Below are positions 29,668 through 38,800 of a DNA stretch of 64,000 nt, in pieces. The stretch lies in contig JBEKUF010000002.1 in NCBI GenBank assembly GCA_049515295.1, forward strand, positions 5,230-69,229. Reading direction: 5' to 3'. A program made the translations under genes and the position numbers. The stretch is from Verrucomicrobiia bacterium (GTDB lineage Bacteria; Verrucomicrobiota; Verrucomicrobiia; Palsa-1439). A model generated the notes under the pieces. It was not told where the DNA came from, searched no databases, and saw only the letters and a list, made by a program, of their open reading frames with translations. Position 1 is the stretch's first letter; every line of letters begins with the position of its first letter.

Positions 29668-29779
29668 CTCCCTGGCTTCGTTTCCCGAGAACCGAGCCCC
29701 CGTTTCGGCGTTTCAAGGCCCGAACGAACCCAATAATTGGCTTCGTTTGGCAGAATTACATATATGGGGCCTCCCCCTC

Positions 29780-30165
29780 TGCTGTAGCCCCGCTTGATAA
29801 ACGCGGAACCATCGTTTTCCTCTGTAGGGCGCTCTATGGGCGCCGGCCGTATCTGCATTTTCGCTGGCTGTAGCCACGGCGCTTGACCGCCTCAGGCGCG
29901 GCTCTGTCGCCGTGCCCCATTCCTCGTATTTCAAAGAACTGCCCGACCATACCACCATTCCCACCCCGTGTCCAGCAAAATTATCGATTCAAGATAATTC
30001 GATCCCCTCGCCCCGCCTTCGCCGTTGTAGGCCGCGTCCCCCGACGCGGCGCTTCCCGATCTGGATGGCTCACTTCCCGGCGAGCCGCATCTGCGCCCTC
30101 CCCCCTTCTGCAGCCCGCCCACGCCAGACTTGCTTGCAAAATGAGCCGCCTGTAGACTCGCGTCT
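29780..30165. repeat. array of about 6 REP-like elements (CTGTAG head followed by GC-rich imperfect palindrome)
   Basis: ctgtagccccgc, ctgtagggcgctctatgggcgcc, ctgtagccacggcgc...cgccgtgcc, ttgtaggccgcgtcccccgacgcgg, ctgcagcccgccc, ctgtagactcgcg at about 40-160 bp spacing. Confidence 0.4.
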
Positions 30166-30246
30166 CAGGTTACGGGTGAGCGATTGCTCGAATTCGAACA
30201 GATAGCTCCCCAGGGCATGCGGACAGCAGAATGAGGTGGAAAGAAA

Positions 30247-32505
30247 ATGAACAGCCCGAGCCCATCGCCTACGCCACGTCCGAGCACAAGTGCTGAGATT
30301 GCTGAGTGGATCAAGTACCACCACAATAATCACCCACATGGGGTAACGTTTCTGGTTGGCGCAGGGTTTTCCGCTTCTGCCGGGATTCCGACCGCCAGCC
30401 AGATGGTCAAGACGCTACGAGCGCATCCACTTTTGAAGAACGCTGGGGCTGTGCCTCATGATCAAAGCGAGTATGCGTTTCTCATGGCAAAACTCCCGCC
30501 AGATGAGCGGGTTAGTGTCATCCGTAATGCCATCCGTCAGGCCGAAGACCCCAAGACGAATCGCCTAAAGATCAACTGGGCGCACCTGCTTTTGGCCACG
30601 TTGGTGGATGCGGGATACATCAATCAGATTCTAACGACGAATTTCGATCCATTGATTGTCGAGGCTTTGGCCATGACCGGCCAACCAGTCCGTGCATTCG
30701 ACCTGACCGCCAGTGCCGGCTTTCAGGCGGGGGCTTTGGAGCCGGGGTCGGTCGTGTACCTGCATGGTCAGGCTCACGGATTGTGGCTGTCCAATTCACC
30801 GGACGAAATGGACCGTGTGCGCCACGATCTGAACTCCGTATACCAGGACGCATTGCGTGACAGCATTTTGATCGTTGTCGGCTACAGCGGTGCTTGCGAT
30901 CCAGTACTGCAGGAACTGGCGCAGAGATTCCGCCAGTTCCGTCACTACTTGTACTGGGTTCATCACGATGGCAGTACCGACCCGGGCGACGAGGCCATGA
31001 GCCTTCTCAAAGAGCCTTACCGAGAAGCCTATTTGATCAAGGGCTTGGATGCGGACGCTTTCATGCGGGAACTCGTGCTGGAAGGTCTGAAGCTGGAATT
31101 GCCTCTCATCGTCAAGAACCCGCTGGACTTTGCCTCTGGGAACTTGGGGCGTGTGATGCCATTCCCTCCCGAACCCGGTGGACCCGTCGGCCAGGACCCG
31201 GTCGTAAGCGCACGCAAATTGGTGACCGACGCCCTGGCAGGTCTATCGAACCCGAAAACGGCGGCGCCACCAGCTTCATCACAAGCCGCTACACTGCAAG
31301 CAGTGCTTCCCATTGCCGTTTCAATGGCTGCTGCCACCAAGTCGCGCGCCAAACTGGAGGAACTGCGTCCCGCGGTTGAACAGAGCGCCAATAGCGCCGT
31401 GCAGAAAGAATTCGGGCAGGCATACCTGATTCTTGCCTCGGACGAGATTGAAAGCGGGAACTACGCCCAAGCGCTCGATGATGTTGGAATCGCCGAAAAA
31501 CTGGGAGCGTCCGAGAAACAGTGGATCGCCACGATGTGGGGCGACGTGCTGACCGCTCAGGCCCAAGCCAAGAGTGGGGCGGAGGCCGATGCGTTGTTCC
31601 AGCTGGCCGGGGAAAAGTACGCGCAGGCCTTGCGAATCAAGCCGGACATGCACGAGGCGCTCAACAACTGGGGCGTCGCGTTGAGCGATCAGGCCAGGAC
31701 CAAGACCGGGGCGGAGGCCGATGCGTTGTTTCAACTGGCCGGGGAGAAGTACGAGCAGGCCTTGCGGATCAAGCCGGACATGCACGACGCGCTCTACAAC
31801 TGGGGCAACGCGTTGAGCGATCAGGCCAAGACCAAGACCGGGGCGGAGGCCGATGCGTTGTTCAAACTGGCCGGCGAGAAGTGCGAGCAGGCCCTGCGGA
31901 TCAAGCCGGACAATCACGAGGCGCTCTACAACTGGGGCAACGCGTTGAGCGATCAGGCCAGAACCAGGAGCGGGTCAGAGGCCGATGCGCTGTTCAAACT
32001 GGCCGGGGAGAAGTACGAGCAGGCCTTGCGGATCAAGCCAGACTATCATCAGGCGCTCTGCAATTGGGGCAACGCGTTGGCCGATCAGGCCAAGACCAGG
32101 ACCGGGGCCGAGGCCGATGCGTTGTTCAAACTGGCCGCCGAAAAGTACGAGCAGGCCTTGCGGATCAAGCCGAACAAGGACGAGGCGCTCAACAACTGGG
32201 GCGCCGCCTTGAGCGATCAGGCCCAAGCCAAGAGCGGGGCGGAGGCCGATGCGTTGTTCAAGTTGGCCGGGGAGAAGTACGAGCAGGCCTTGCGAATCAA
32301 ACCGGACGATCGCGAGGCAATGTTCAACATGGCATGTCTATTCGGATTGAAGAACAGTGCGGCGAGCGCGGTTCCTTGGTTGCGTAAGTGGGCTGAGGGC
32401 AATCCAAAGGCAACGCGCGCCAAGATTGCGGCAGATCCCGATTTCGACCGCATACGAGAAGATCCTCTTCTTAGGGCATTCGTCGAAAGTTTACCCAATC
32501 CGTGA
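30247..32505 (+). CDS. SIR2-like (SIR2_2/DHS-like NAD-binding) domain fused to six 44-aa TPR-like repeats; candidate NADase defence protein
   Basis: N-terminus: FLVGAGFSASAGIP, LTTNFDPLIVEAL, VVYLHGQ, LIVVGYSGACDPVL (SIR2_2 motif series with the Asn and His positions). C-terminus: six repeats GAEADALFxLAGEKYEQALRIKPDxHEALxNWGNALSDQAxTKT. Confidence 0.8.
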   Translation: MNSPSPSPTPRPSTSAEIAEWIKYHHNNHPHGVTFLVGAGFSASAGIPTASQMVKTLRAHPLLKNAGAVPHDQSEYAFLMAKLPPDERVSVIRNAIRQAEDPKTNRLKINWAHLLLATLVDAGYINQILTTNFDPLIVEALAMTGQPVRAFDLTASAGFQAGALEPGSVVYLHGQAHGLWLSNSPDEMDRVRHDLNSVYQDALRDSILIVVGYSGACDPVLQELAQRFRQFRHYLYWVHHDGSTDPGDEAMSLLKEPYREAYLIKGLDADAFMRELVLEGLKLELPLIVKNPLDFASGNLGRVMPFPPEPGGPVGQDPVVSARKLVTDALAGLSNPKTAAPPASSQAATLQAVLPIAVSMAAATKSRAKLEELRPAVEQSANSAVQKEFGQAYLILASDEIESGNYAQALDDVGIAEKLGASEKQWIATMWGDVLTAQAQAKSGAEADALFQLAGEKYAQALRIKPDMHEALNNWGVALSDQARTKTGAEADALFQLAGEKYEQALRIKPDMHDALYNWGNALSDQAKTKTGAEADALFKLAGEKCEQALRIKPDNHEALYNWGNALSDQARTRSGSEADALFKLAGEKYEQALRIKPDYHQALCNWGNALADQAKTRTGAEADALFKLAAEKYEQALRIKPNKDEALNNWGAALSDQAQAKSGAEADALFKLAGEKYEQALRIKPDDREAMFNMACLFGLKNSAASAVPWLRKWAEGNPKATRAKIAADPDFDRIREDPLLRAFVESLPNP
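31575..32366 (+). repeat. intragenic 132-bp (44-codon) tandem repeat x6, about 90% nucleotide identity
   Basis: ggggcggaggccgatgcgttgtt...ttgagcgatcaggcc unit recurs at 31575, 31707, 31839, 31971, 32103, 32235. Confidence 0.85.
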
Positions 32506-32689
32506 AGCGTTCCCGCAAATTCGCGTCCCAACACGCATACTAGGCTCACATCTCACCACAGCCTCATCGCATCCCCGTCACACCCGAGCGGATTTTACCC
32601 CGACTCTTTACCCCGAATCCTTTTCGGGGCATGGTCGGGGTCGGGGCACCCAGCCTTCGCCTGCCCGCCATAGCTTTAGCGACGACGGG

Positions 32690-32885
32690 TGCCCTTCGCC
32701 CGTCCTGAGCGAAGTCGAAGGGCGGTGACTATTCGCGTCGATTCGCGTCCATTCGCGGTTGCCTCAAGTCAGAGCCGCCGCCTCTCCGCCTGTCCCGAGT
32801 TCGACGAGGGGCTTCCGCTCTCCGCCTCCTGAATTCTGGATTCTGGCTCCTGACTTCGCTCCTCCGCCTCTCCCGAGGTCAATTC
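32690..32885. repeat. repeat-rich spacer: copies of the cc(t)gag...tcgaagg motif family, 10-bp x3 tandem (attcgcgtcg), ccgcctctcc direct repeats
   Basis: gtcctgagcgaagtcgaagggcg (32702-32724), attcgcgtcg/attcgcgtcc/attcgcggtt (32731-32760), gtcccgagttcgacgaggggcttcc, ccgcctctcccgaggtc. Confidence 0.45.
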
Positions 32886-34336
32886 CCGCCAGAAGCTCCC
32901 CGCGATAGCGCGCGGTCCAGATTGATCTGCGCATCCATGTAATCGGGCTTGATTCGTAGCGCCTGACGGTACTGCTCAACCGCTTCCGACGCCTTTCCCG
33001 CCTGCAGCAAGGCCGTCCCCAGATAGTTGTGCGTCTCAGCAAAATCAGGTTTGAGCTGCACTGCCCGTTGGAAATGCGCAATCGCAGGAGAAATCTTCCC
33101 CGCCTTCCCCAGCGCCAACCCGAGGTTGTACTGCGCCATCCATGCCTCGGGGTTCTTCGTCACGGTATCCGACCAGAGAGTTTCACTCGTCGCGTAAACA
33201 CCGGCCCGCGCCCACGTGGCGATGCCCAACACAACCACCACCACCGCGCCCGCCAGCACGCCCACAATCCGGCCCCGGCCGCCGATGCCTCGGCAGACCA
33301 CCGCTCCCGCCGCCACAACCACCGCGATGACCCCGATGATCGAGTAATACTGCCAGTGGTCCGCCACCAGCGAGTAGTCATAAAACCCCTGATCGAAAAA
33401 TCCGAGCACCGGGAACAACGTCACCACAAAATATCCCGCGCCGAATAGCAACGGCTTCCCCCACGTCTTGCGTTTCCACCAGAAGAGCGCCAGACACGCC
33501 GCCAGAAGCAATCCGGGAAACCACGAGACCCAATGAGACGCATCGACGTTCCACTTCGGGTAGATCACGGACAAATTCACCGGCCACAGGACCTTGCCCA
33601 GGTAAAACCAAACCACCCAACCCGCCGCTACCAGCTTGGAGAGGAATCCTTCGGCCCGGAACACGGTTCCTCTCAACACCCGATGATACTGAAACCAAAC
33701 AGTCACCAACCCGAACAGGAGGGAAAGCGCAAAGAATGGTACGCTGCGCCGCCAGTCCCTCCATCGCAGTCGGCCATGCAACCACCACACGCACCCCAAC
33801 AGCGCGAACGGCAACATGACCACACCGGTCTTGCTGAACAACGCCAACAGAAACGCCCCCAACGACAATGCGTACCAGCGCCACCGGCCGTCCGCGTCGA
33901 ACTTCAAGTACAAGAGTATCGCCACGGCGTAGAACATCATGGACAACGTGTTCTTCTGTTCGCTGATCCAGCCCGCCGTGGCCACGTTCACCGGGTGAAT
34001 CGCGAACACGAGCGCCGCCACCCACCCGCCCGGGATGTTCAGTCGTCGCAGAATCAGCCAGACAAGCACGGCATTGACGGCCTGCAGAAGAATGTTGAGC
34101 ACATGATAACCCGTCGCCTGGTCACCCCACATCCGCCATTCCAGCCACCATAAACTGCCCGTCAGCGGATAGTAATCCGCCGCACCCGCCCCGGACCAGA
34201 ACAGTCGAATCCCGTTGTCGGCCCGGACCATCCCGTTTTCCGTGATCAACGGGTAATCATCGAACACAAACCCGCCGCGCACCACGGGCAGATAGACCGC
34301 GAAGGTGATGAGGACAATCAGAGCCGCCCTGGCCAT
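32879..34336 (-). CDS. polytopic membrane protein with C-terminal TPR repeats (PMT/ArnT-like GT-C fold plus TPR)
   Basis: About 10 TM segments with DxYP motif near N-terminus (FDDYPLI); C-terminal TPRs (AQYNLGLALGKAGK...AIAHFQRAVQLKPD...YRQALRIKPDY). Confidence 0.65.
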   Translation of the reverse strand: MARAALIVLITFAVYLPVVRGGFVFDDYPLITENGMVRADNGIRLFWSGAGAADYYPLTGSLWWLEWRMWGDQATGYHVLNILLQAVNAVLVWLILRRLNIPGGWVAALVFAIHPVNVATAGWISEQKNTLSMMFYAVAILLYLKFDADGRWRWYALSLGAFLLALFSKTGVVMLPFALLGCVWWLHGRLRWRDWRRSVPFFALSLLFGLVTVWFQYHRVLRGTVFRAEGFLSKLVAAGWVVWFYLGKVLWPVNLSVIYPKWNVDASHWVSWFPGLLLAACLALFWWKRKTWGKPLLFGAGYFVVTLFPVLGFFDQGFYDYSLVADHWQYYSIIGVIAVVVAAGAVVCRGIGGRGRIVGVLAGAVVVVVLGIATWARAGVYATSETLWSDTVTKNPEAWMAQYNLGLALGKAGKISPAIAHFQRAVQLKPDFAETHNYLGTALLQAGKASEAVEQYRQALRIKPDYMDAQINLDRALSRGASGGN

Positions 34337-34477
34337 GAACACGCCGCCGGACATCTCTGGGCACGACTGGTGTTGGTTTGCCGGGACGGTTTGCAAGCAA
34401 CTGGTTTATACGGCGGCCCGATTCGCCACCGCGAGTGAAAAACGTCAGCCATCGCGCGCCGCGCCACGCAACTTCAG

Positions 34478-34861
34478 TCACCACTGGGTGATTTCGTCGC
34501 CGTCCTGGAACACCGTCGGGAACAGCCGTCTGAGTTGGTAATTGCTGAAACGGTCGAAGCCCAGGCAACCGTCGTGGTCGGTGACCTTCGCATCGCAGGT
34601 CGTGGCGGACTTGAGAGCCAGCTTCCTGGCGCCGTCCCAGGCAATGACCAATTTCAGGAACTCCTCGCGCGGCGTGTCTGCCGGCATCTTCTTGGCCAGC
34701 CACGGATACATTCGGCGAAGCTGCTCCGTGCTCCATTGATCGTAGCCGTGACAGAACACTCCCATTCGGCCCACCGCCTGGCAGGTCGTTTCGTCGTCAC
34801 GCGTGTTGGCCACGAGATACTCCCGGATCTTGGTCAGTGCTTCTTCTCTTGTGTATCTCAT
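34478..34861 (-). CDS. hypothetical protein
   Basis: 127-aa ORF between membrane-TPR gene and DHOD-like gene; no recognised motif. Confidence 0.35.
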   Translation of the reverse strand: MRYTREEALTKIREYLVANTRDDETTCQAVGRMGVFCHGYDQWSTEQLRRMYPWLAKKMPADTPREEFLKLVIAWDGARKLALKSATTCDAKVTDHDGCLGFDRFSNYQLRRLFPTVFQDGDEITQW

Positions 34862-34879
34862 TTGCCCACCTCTTTCGGT

Positions 34880-35878
34880 CTAGGCTGGTTTGTAATTCGT
34901 CAACGCCCGCATGTACTGCGCCCGCTCGAACGCGCTGGGATCGGCGCAATGGATCTGGCTCATGCTGCCCTGCATCTGCGCGACCGACTCGTACTCATGC
35001 TCCGTCATCCACTGCCGCATCTCCTGTTCAATCACGCCAATGTGCTCGATGCCGTGCTTGAGCAGCACCGAACACAGCATCGTCCCGCTGGCGCCCGCCA
35101 TGAGCATCTTCAGCACATCGTCCCCGTTGTAAATCCCACTCGTCGCCGCCAGGCTCGCCTTGATTCGTCCGTACAGGATCGCAATCCACCGTAGCGGCAG
35201 CCGCATGGCGTGCGCCGTGCTCAACAGCACCTTCGGGGTCACCTCCAGGGCGTCCAGATCGATGTCCGGCTGGTAGAATCGATTGAACAGCACAAACCCG
35301 TCCGCACCGGCTTCTTCCAGCCGCTTCACCATGTTCGCGATGTTGCTGAACCGCGCGCTCAACTTCACCGCCACGGGAATGCTCACGGCGGTCCGCACCG
35401 CCTTCACGATATCGACGTACGTCTGCTCGACCGCCGCGCCGCTGAGGTCCATGTCGGTCGGGATATAATAGATGTTCAATTCGAGGGCGTCCGCGCCGAC
35501 CTGCTCGATCTGCTTCGCGAATTCCACCCACCCTCCCATCGACGTGCCGTTGAGACTGGCGATGATCGGCATGTCCACCGCCCGCTTCGCCCGTTGGATG
35601 TGCTCCAAATAACCGTCAGGCCCCAGTCGGAAGTGCGCCGGCTCGGGAAAGTACGTCAGCGCCTCGGGGAAACTATCAATCCCATGCGTCAGATGATGTT
35701 GCAGTTCGTACGCATCGAGCCGCAGTTGCTCCTCGAACAGCGAATACAGTACCAGCGCGCCGGCCCCCGCATCCTCGGCCCGCTTGATGTTGTCAATGTC
35801 TTCCGAAATCGGCCCGCACGCGGAGACGATCAGCGGGTTTCGTAGCGTCATTCCCAGATATTTCGTGCTCAGGTCCAT
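34880..35878 (-). CDS. dihydroorotate dehydrogenase-like flavoprotein (class 1 DHOD / DHPD-like TIM barrel)
   Basis: LRNPLIVSACGPI, LELNIYYIP, GADGFVLFNRF, active-site region; 332 aa. Confidence 0.7.
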   Translation of the reverse strand: MDLSTKYLGMTLRNPLIVSACGPISEDIDNIKRAEDAGAGALVLYSLFEEQLRLDAYELQHHLTHGIDSFPEALTYFPEPAHFRLGPDGYLEHIQRAKRAVDMPIIASLNGTSMGGWVEFAKQIEQVGADALELNIYYIPTDMDLSGAAVEQTYVDIVKAVRTAVSIPVAVKLSARFSNIANMVKRLEEAGADGFVLFNRFYQPDIDLDALEVTPKVLLSTAHAMRLPLRWIAILYGRIKASLAATSGIYNGDDVLKMLMAGASGTMLCSVLLKHGIEHIGVIEQEMRQWMTEHEYESVAQMQGSMSQIHCADPSAFERAQYMRALTNYKPA

Positions 35879-35892
35879 GCCGTTTCCCTCGT

Positions 35893-38800
35893 TCAGGCGG
35901 TCACACTCGTGCTGGGATCGGCTGTCGCCTGCGCGACGGCGGCCACATCCGGTTTCGTTTTCCGTCCCGCCATGTACTCGTAAAACTTGAACCGGGTTTC
36001 CGCGTCCTCCTGCGCCATGCGGAACAATACCTTCGCCCGGTCCGGCTTGCTCTTGGTCAGCATCTTGAACCGGTTCTCCATCATCAGGTACTGCTCGAGC
36101 GGCTGCGCCGGCTTGCGCGAATCCAGTTGCAGCGGGTTCTCGCCGCTGCTGACCCGTCGTGGATCAAACCGATACAGCAACCATTGACCCGAGTTGACCG
36201 CGACCTTCTGGTCCTGCATCCCCGTCGTCATGTTGATGCCGTGCGCGATGCAATGGCTGTACGCTATGATCAGTGACGGCCCGTCGTAAGCCTCGGCTTC
36301 CAGAAACGCCCGCAGGGTATGCTCGTCGCGCGCGCCCATGGCCACCGACGCCACGTACACATTGCCGTAGGTCATGGCGATCAAGCCGAGGTCCTTCTTC
36401 GCCGACGGCTTGCCGCCCGCCGCAAACTTCGCCACCGCCGAGCGCGGCGTCGACTTCGAGCACTGTCCCCCCGTGTTCGAGTACACTTCCGTGTCCAGCA
36501 CGAGCACGTTGACGTTGCGGCCGCTCGCCAATACGTGGTCCAATCCGCCAAAGCCGATGTCGTACGCCCACCCATCGCCGCCAATGATCCACACGCTCTT
36601 CTTCACCAGCATGTCGGCGATCGCCAATAGCGTGCGCGCCTCGGCCGAGTCCACGGTCTTCAGTTTGGCTTTCAACACGGCGATTCGCTCGCGTTGATCG
36701 AAAATACCGGCTTCATCTTTCTGGTCCGCCTTCAGGATCGCCCCCGCCAGCCCGTCCCCAATTGCCGCAGCCAACTTTCGCACCAGCTCGCCGGCAAACT
36801 CCTTCTGCTTGTCGATCGATATCCGGAACCCGAGCCCGAACTCCGCGTTGTCCTCGAACAACGAGTTGCTCCACGCGGGGCCGCGTCCATTGGCGTCGAC
36901 CGCCCAAGGCGTTGTCGGCAGGTTCCCCCCATAAATGGAGGAGCAACCCGTCGCGTTCGCCGCGATCATCCGGTCACCGAACAGTTGGCTGGCCAGCTTC
37001 AGATACGGCGTCTCGCCGCAGCCGGCGCATGCGCCGCTGAATTCAAACAGCGGCCGCTGCAGTTGTTGGTGCGGGATGCTGCTGACCTTGATCTTGCGTC
37101 GGTCGACCTCGGGTATATTGAGGAAGAACTCCCAGTTCTTCGCCTCGGGCTCGCGCAGGGCTGGTTGCGGCGCCATGTTGATGGCTTTGAGCCGCGTCTG
37201 CGACTTGTTGCGCGCCGGACAAACGTCCACACACAACGCGCAGCCCGTACAGTCCTCGGGCGCAACCTGGAGCGTGTACTTCAGCCCCAACGCCTTCCAG
37301 TCGCGGTCTTTCGCCTCAGCGGACTTGAACGTCGCCGGCGCTGATTCGAGCACCTTCGGCTCGTAAACCTTCGCGCGGATCACGCCGTGCGGGCACACCA
37401 TCGCGCACTTTCCGCACTGAATGCAGACCACCGTGTCCCACACCGGGATTTCCAGCGCGATGTTGCGCTTCTCCCAACGAGCGGTTGCGGTGGGAAACGT
37501 GCCGTCGATCGGCAACCGGCTGACCGGCAGCGAATCCCCCCGTCCGGCCATGATTTCGCCCAGCACGCCGCGCACAAACTCCGGTGCCGCGGCGGACACC
37601 GGCGGCGGCAACTCGATCGTGCTCTCGATACGCGCCGGGACGCGCACCTCGTGAAGGTGCGCCAGCGTATTGTCCACGGCCTTGAGGTTCATCTGGACGA
37701 TTTCGTCGCCCTTCTTGCCGTAGGTCTTTCGGATCGAATTCTTGATCGCCTCGATGGCCTCTTCCGCGGGCAAGACGCCCGAAATCGCAAAGAAACAAAC
37801 TTGCATGACGGTGTTGATGCGGCCACCCATCCCGCTGTCGCGCGCCACTTTCACCGCGTCGATGACGTGCACCTTGAGCTTCTTGGTGACGATGTGCTCC
37901 TGATACACTCGCGGAAGTTTGCCCCAGATTTCGTCCGGGCCACACGGCGTGTTGAGCAGGAACGTGCCGCCGGGAATCGTCTCTTTCAGAATATCGTACC
38001 GCTCCAGGAATACCGGCTGATGACACGCCACGAAGTTGGCCTGGCTCACCAAATAGGTCGAGTGGATCGGCTCGGGCCCAAACCGCAAGTGGGACACCGT
38101 CGTCGAGCCCGACTTCTTCGAGTCGTAGACAAAGTAACCCTGCGCGTAATTGTCCGTGTCCTCGCCGATAATCTTGATCGAATTCTTGTTCGCGCCGACC
38201 GTTCCGTCCGCGCCGAGCCCGTAGAACAACGCGCGCACCGTGCGCGGGCTCTCGGTCGAGAACGATGGGTCAACCTCCAGGCTGGTCTTCGAGACATCGT
38301 CCACAATGCCGACGGTGAAGTGGTTCTTCGGCTTCGCCGCCGCCAGATTGTCGAACACCGCTTTGACCATCGCGGGCGTGAACTCCTTCGACGAGAGGCC
38401 GTACCGCCCGCCAACCACTTTGATTCCGCTCCGCCCCGCTTCGTGGAGCGCCGTGATGGCATCCAGGTATAACGGCTCGCCGGTGCCGCCGGGTTCCTTG
38501 GTGCGATCCAGAACCGCGAGGGCCTTCACGCGGGCCGGCAGTGCCGCCGCAAATCGTGTCACATCAAATGGGCGATACAGCCGCACCATCATCACGCCGA
38601 CTTTCTCCCCGTGTTTCACCAGGTAATCGACGGTCTCATACGCCGCTTCGCAGCCCGACCCCATCAAGACAACCACCCGCTCGGCGTCGGGCGCACCATG
38701 ATAATCAAACAAGTGGTACGCGCGCCCCGTCAGTTTCGCGAATTTGTCCATGGCCCGCTGCACGATATCGGCGCAGCCGTCATAGAAGGGGTTGCAGGTC

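Noticed and set aside
32611-32629. Hairpin ccccgaa-tcctt-ttcgggg after the SIR2-TPR gene
   Set aside because: No U-rich tail on the plus strand; weak as an intrinsic terminator, so only mentioned within the spacer finding.
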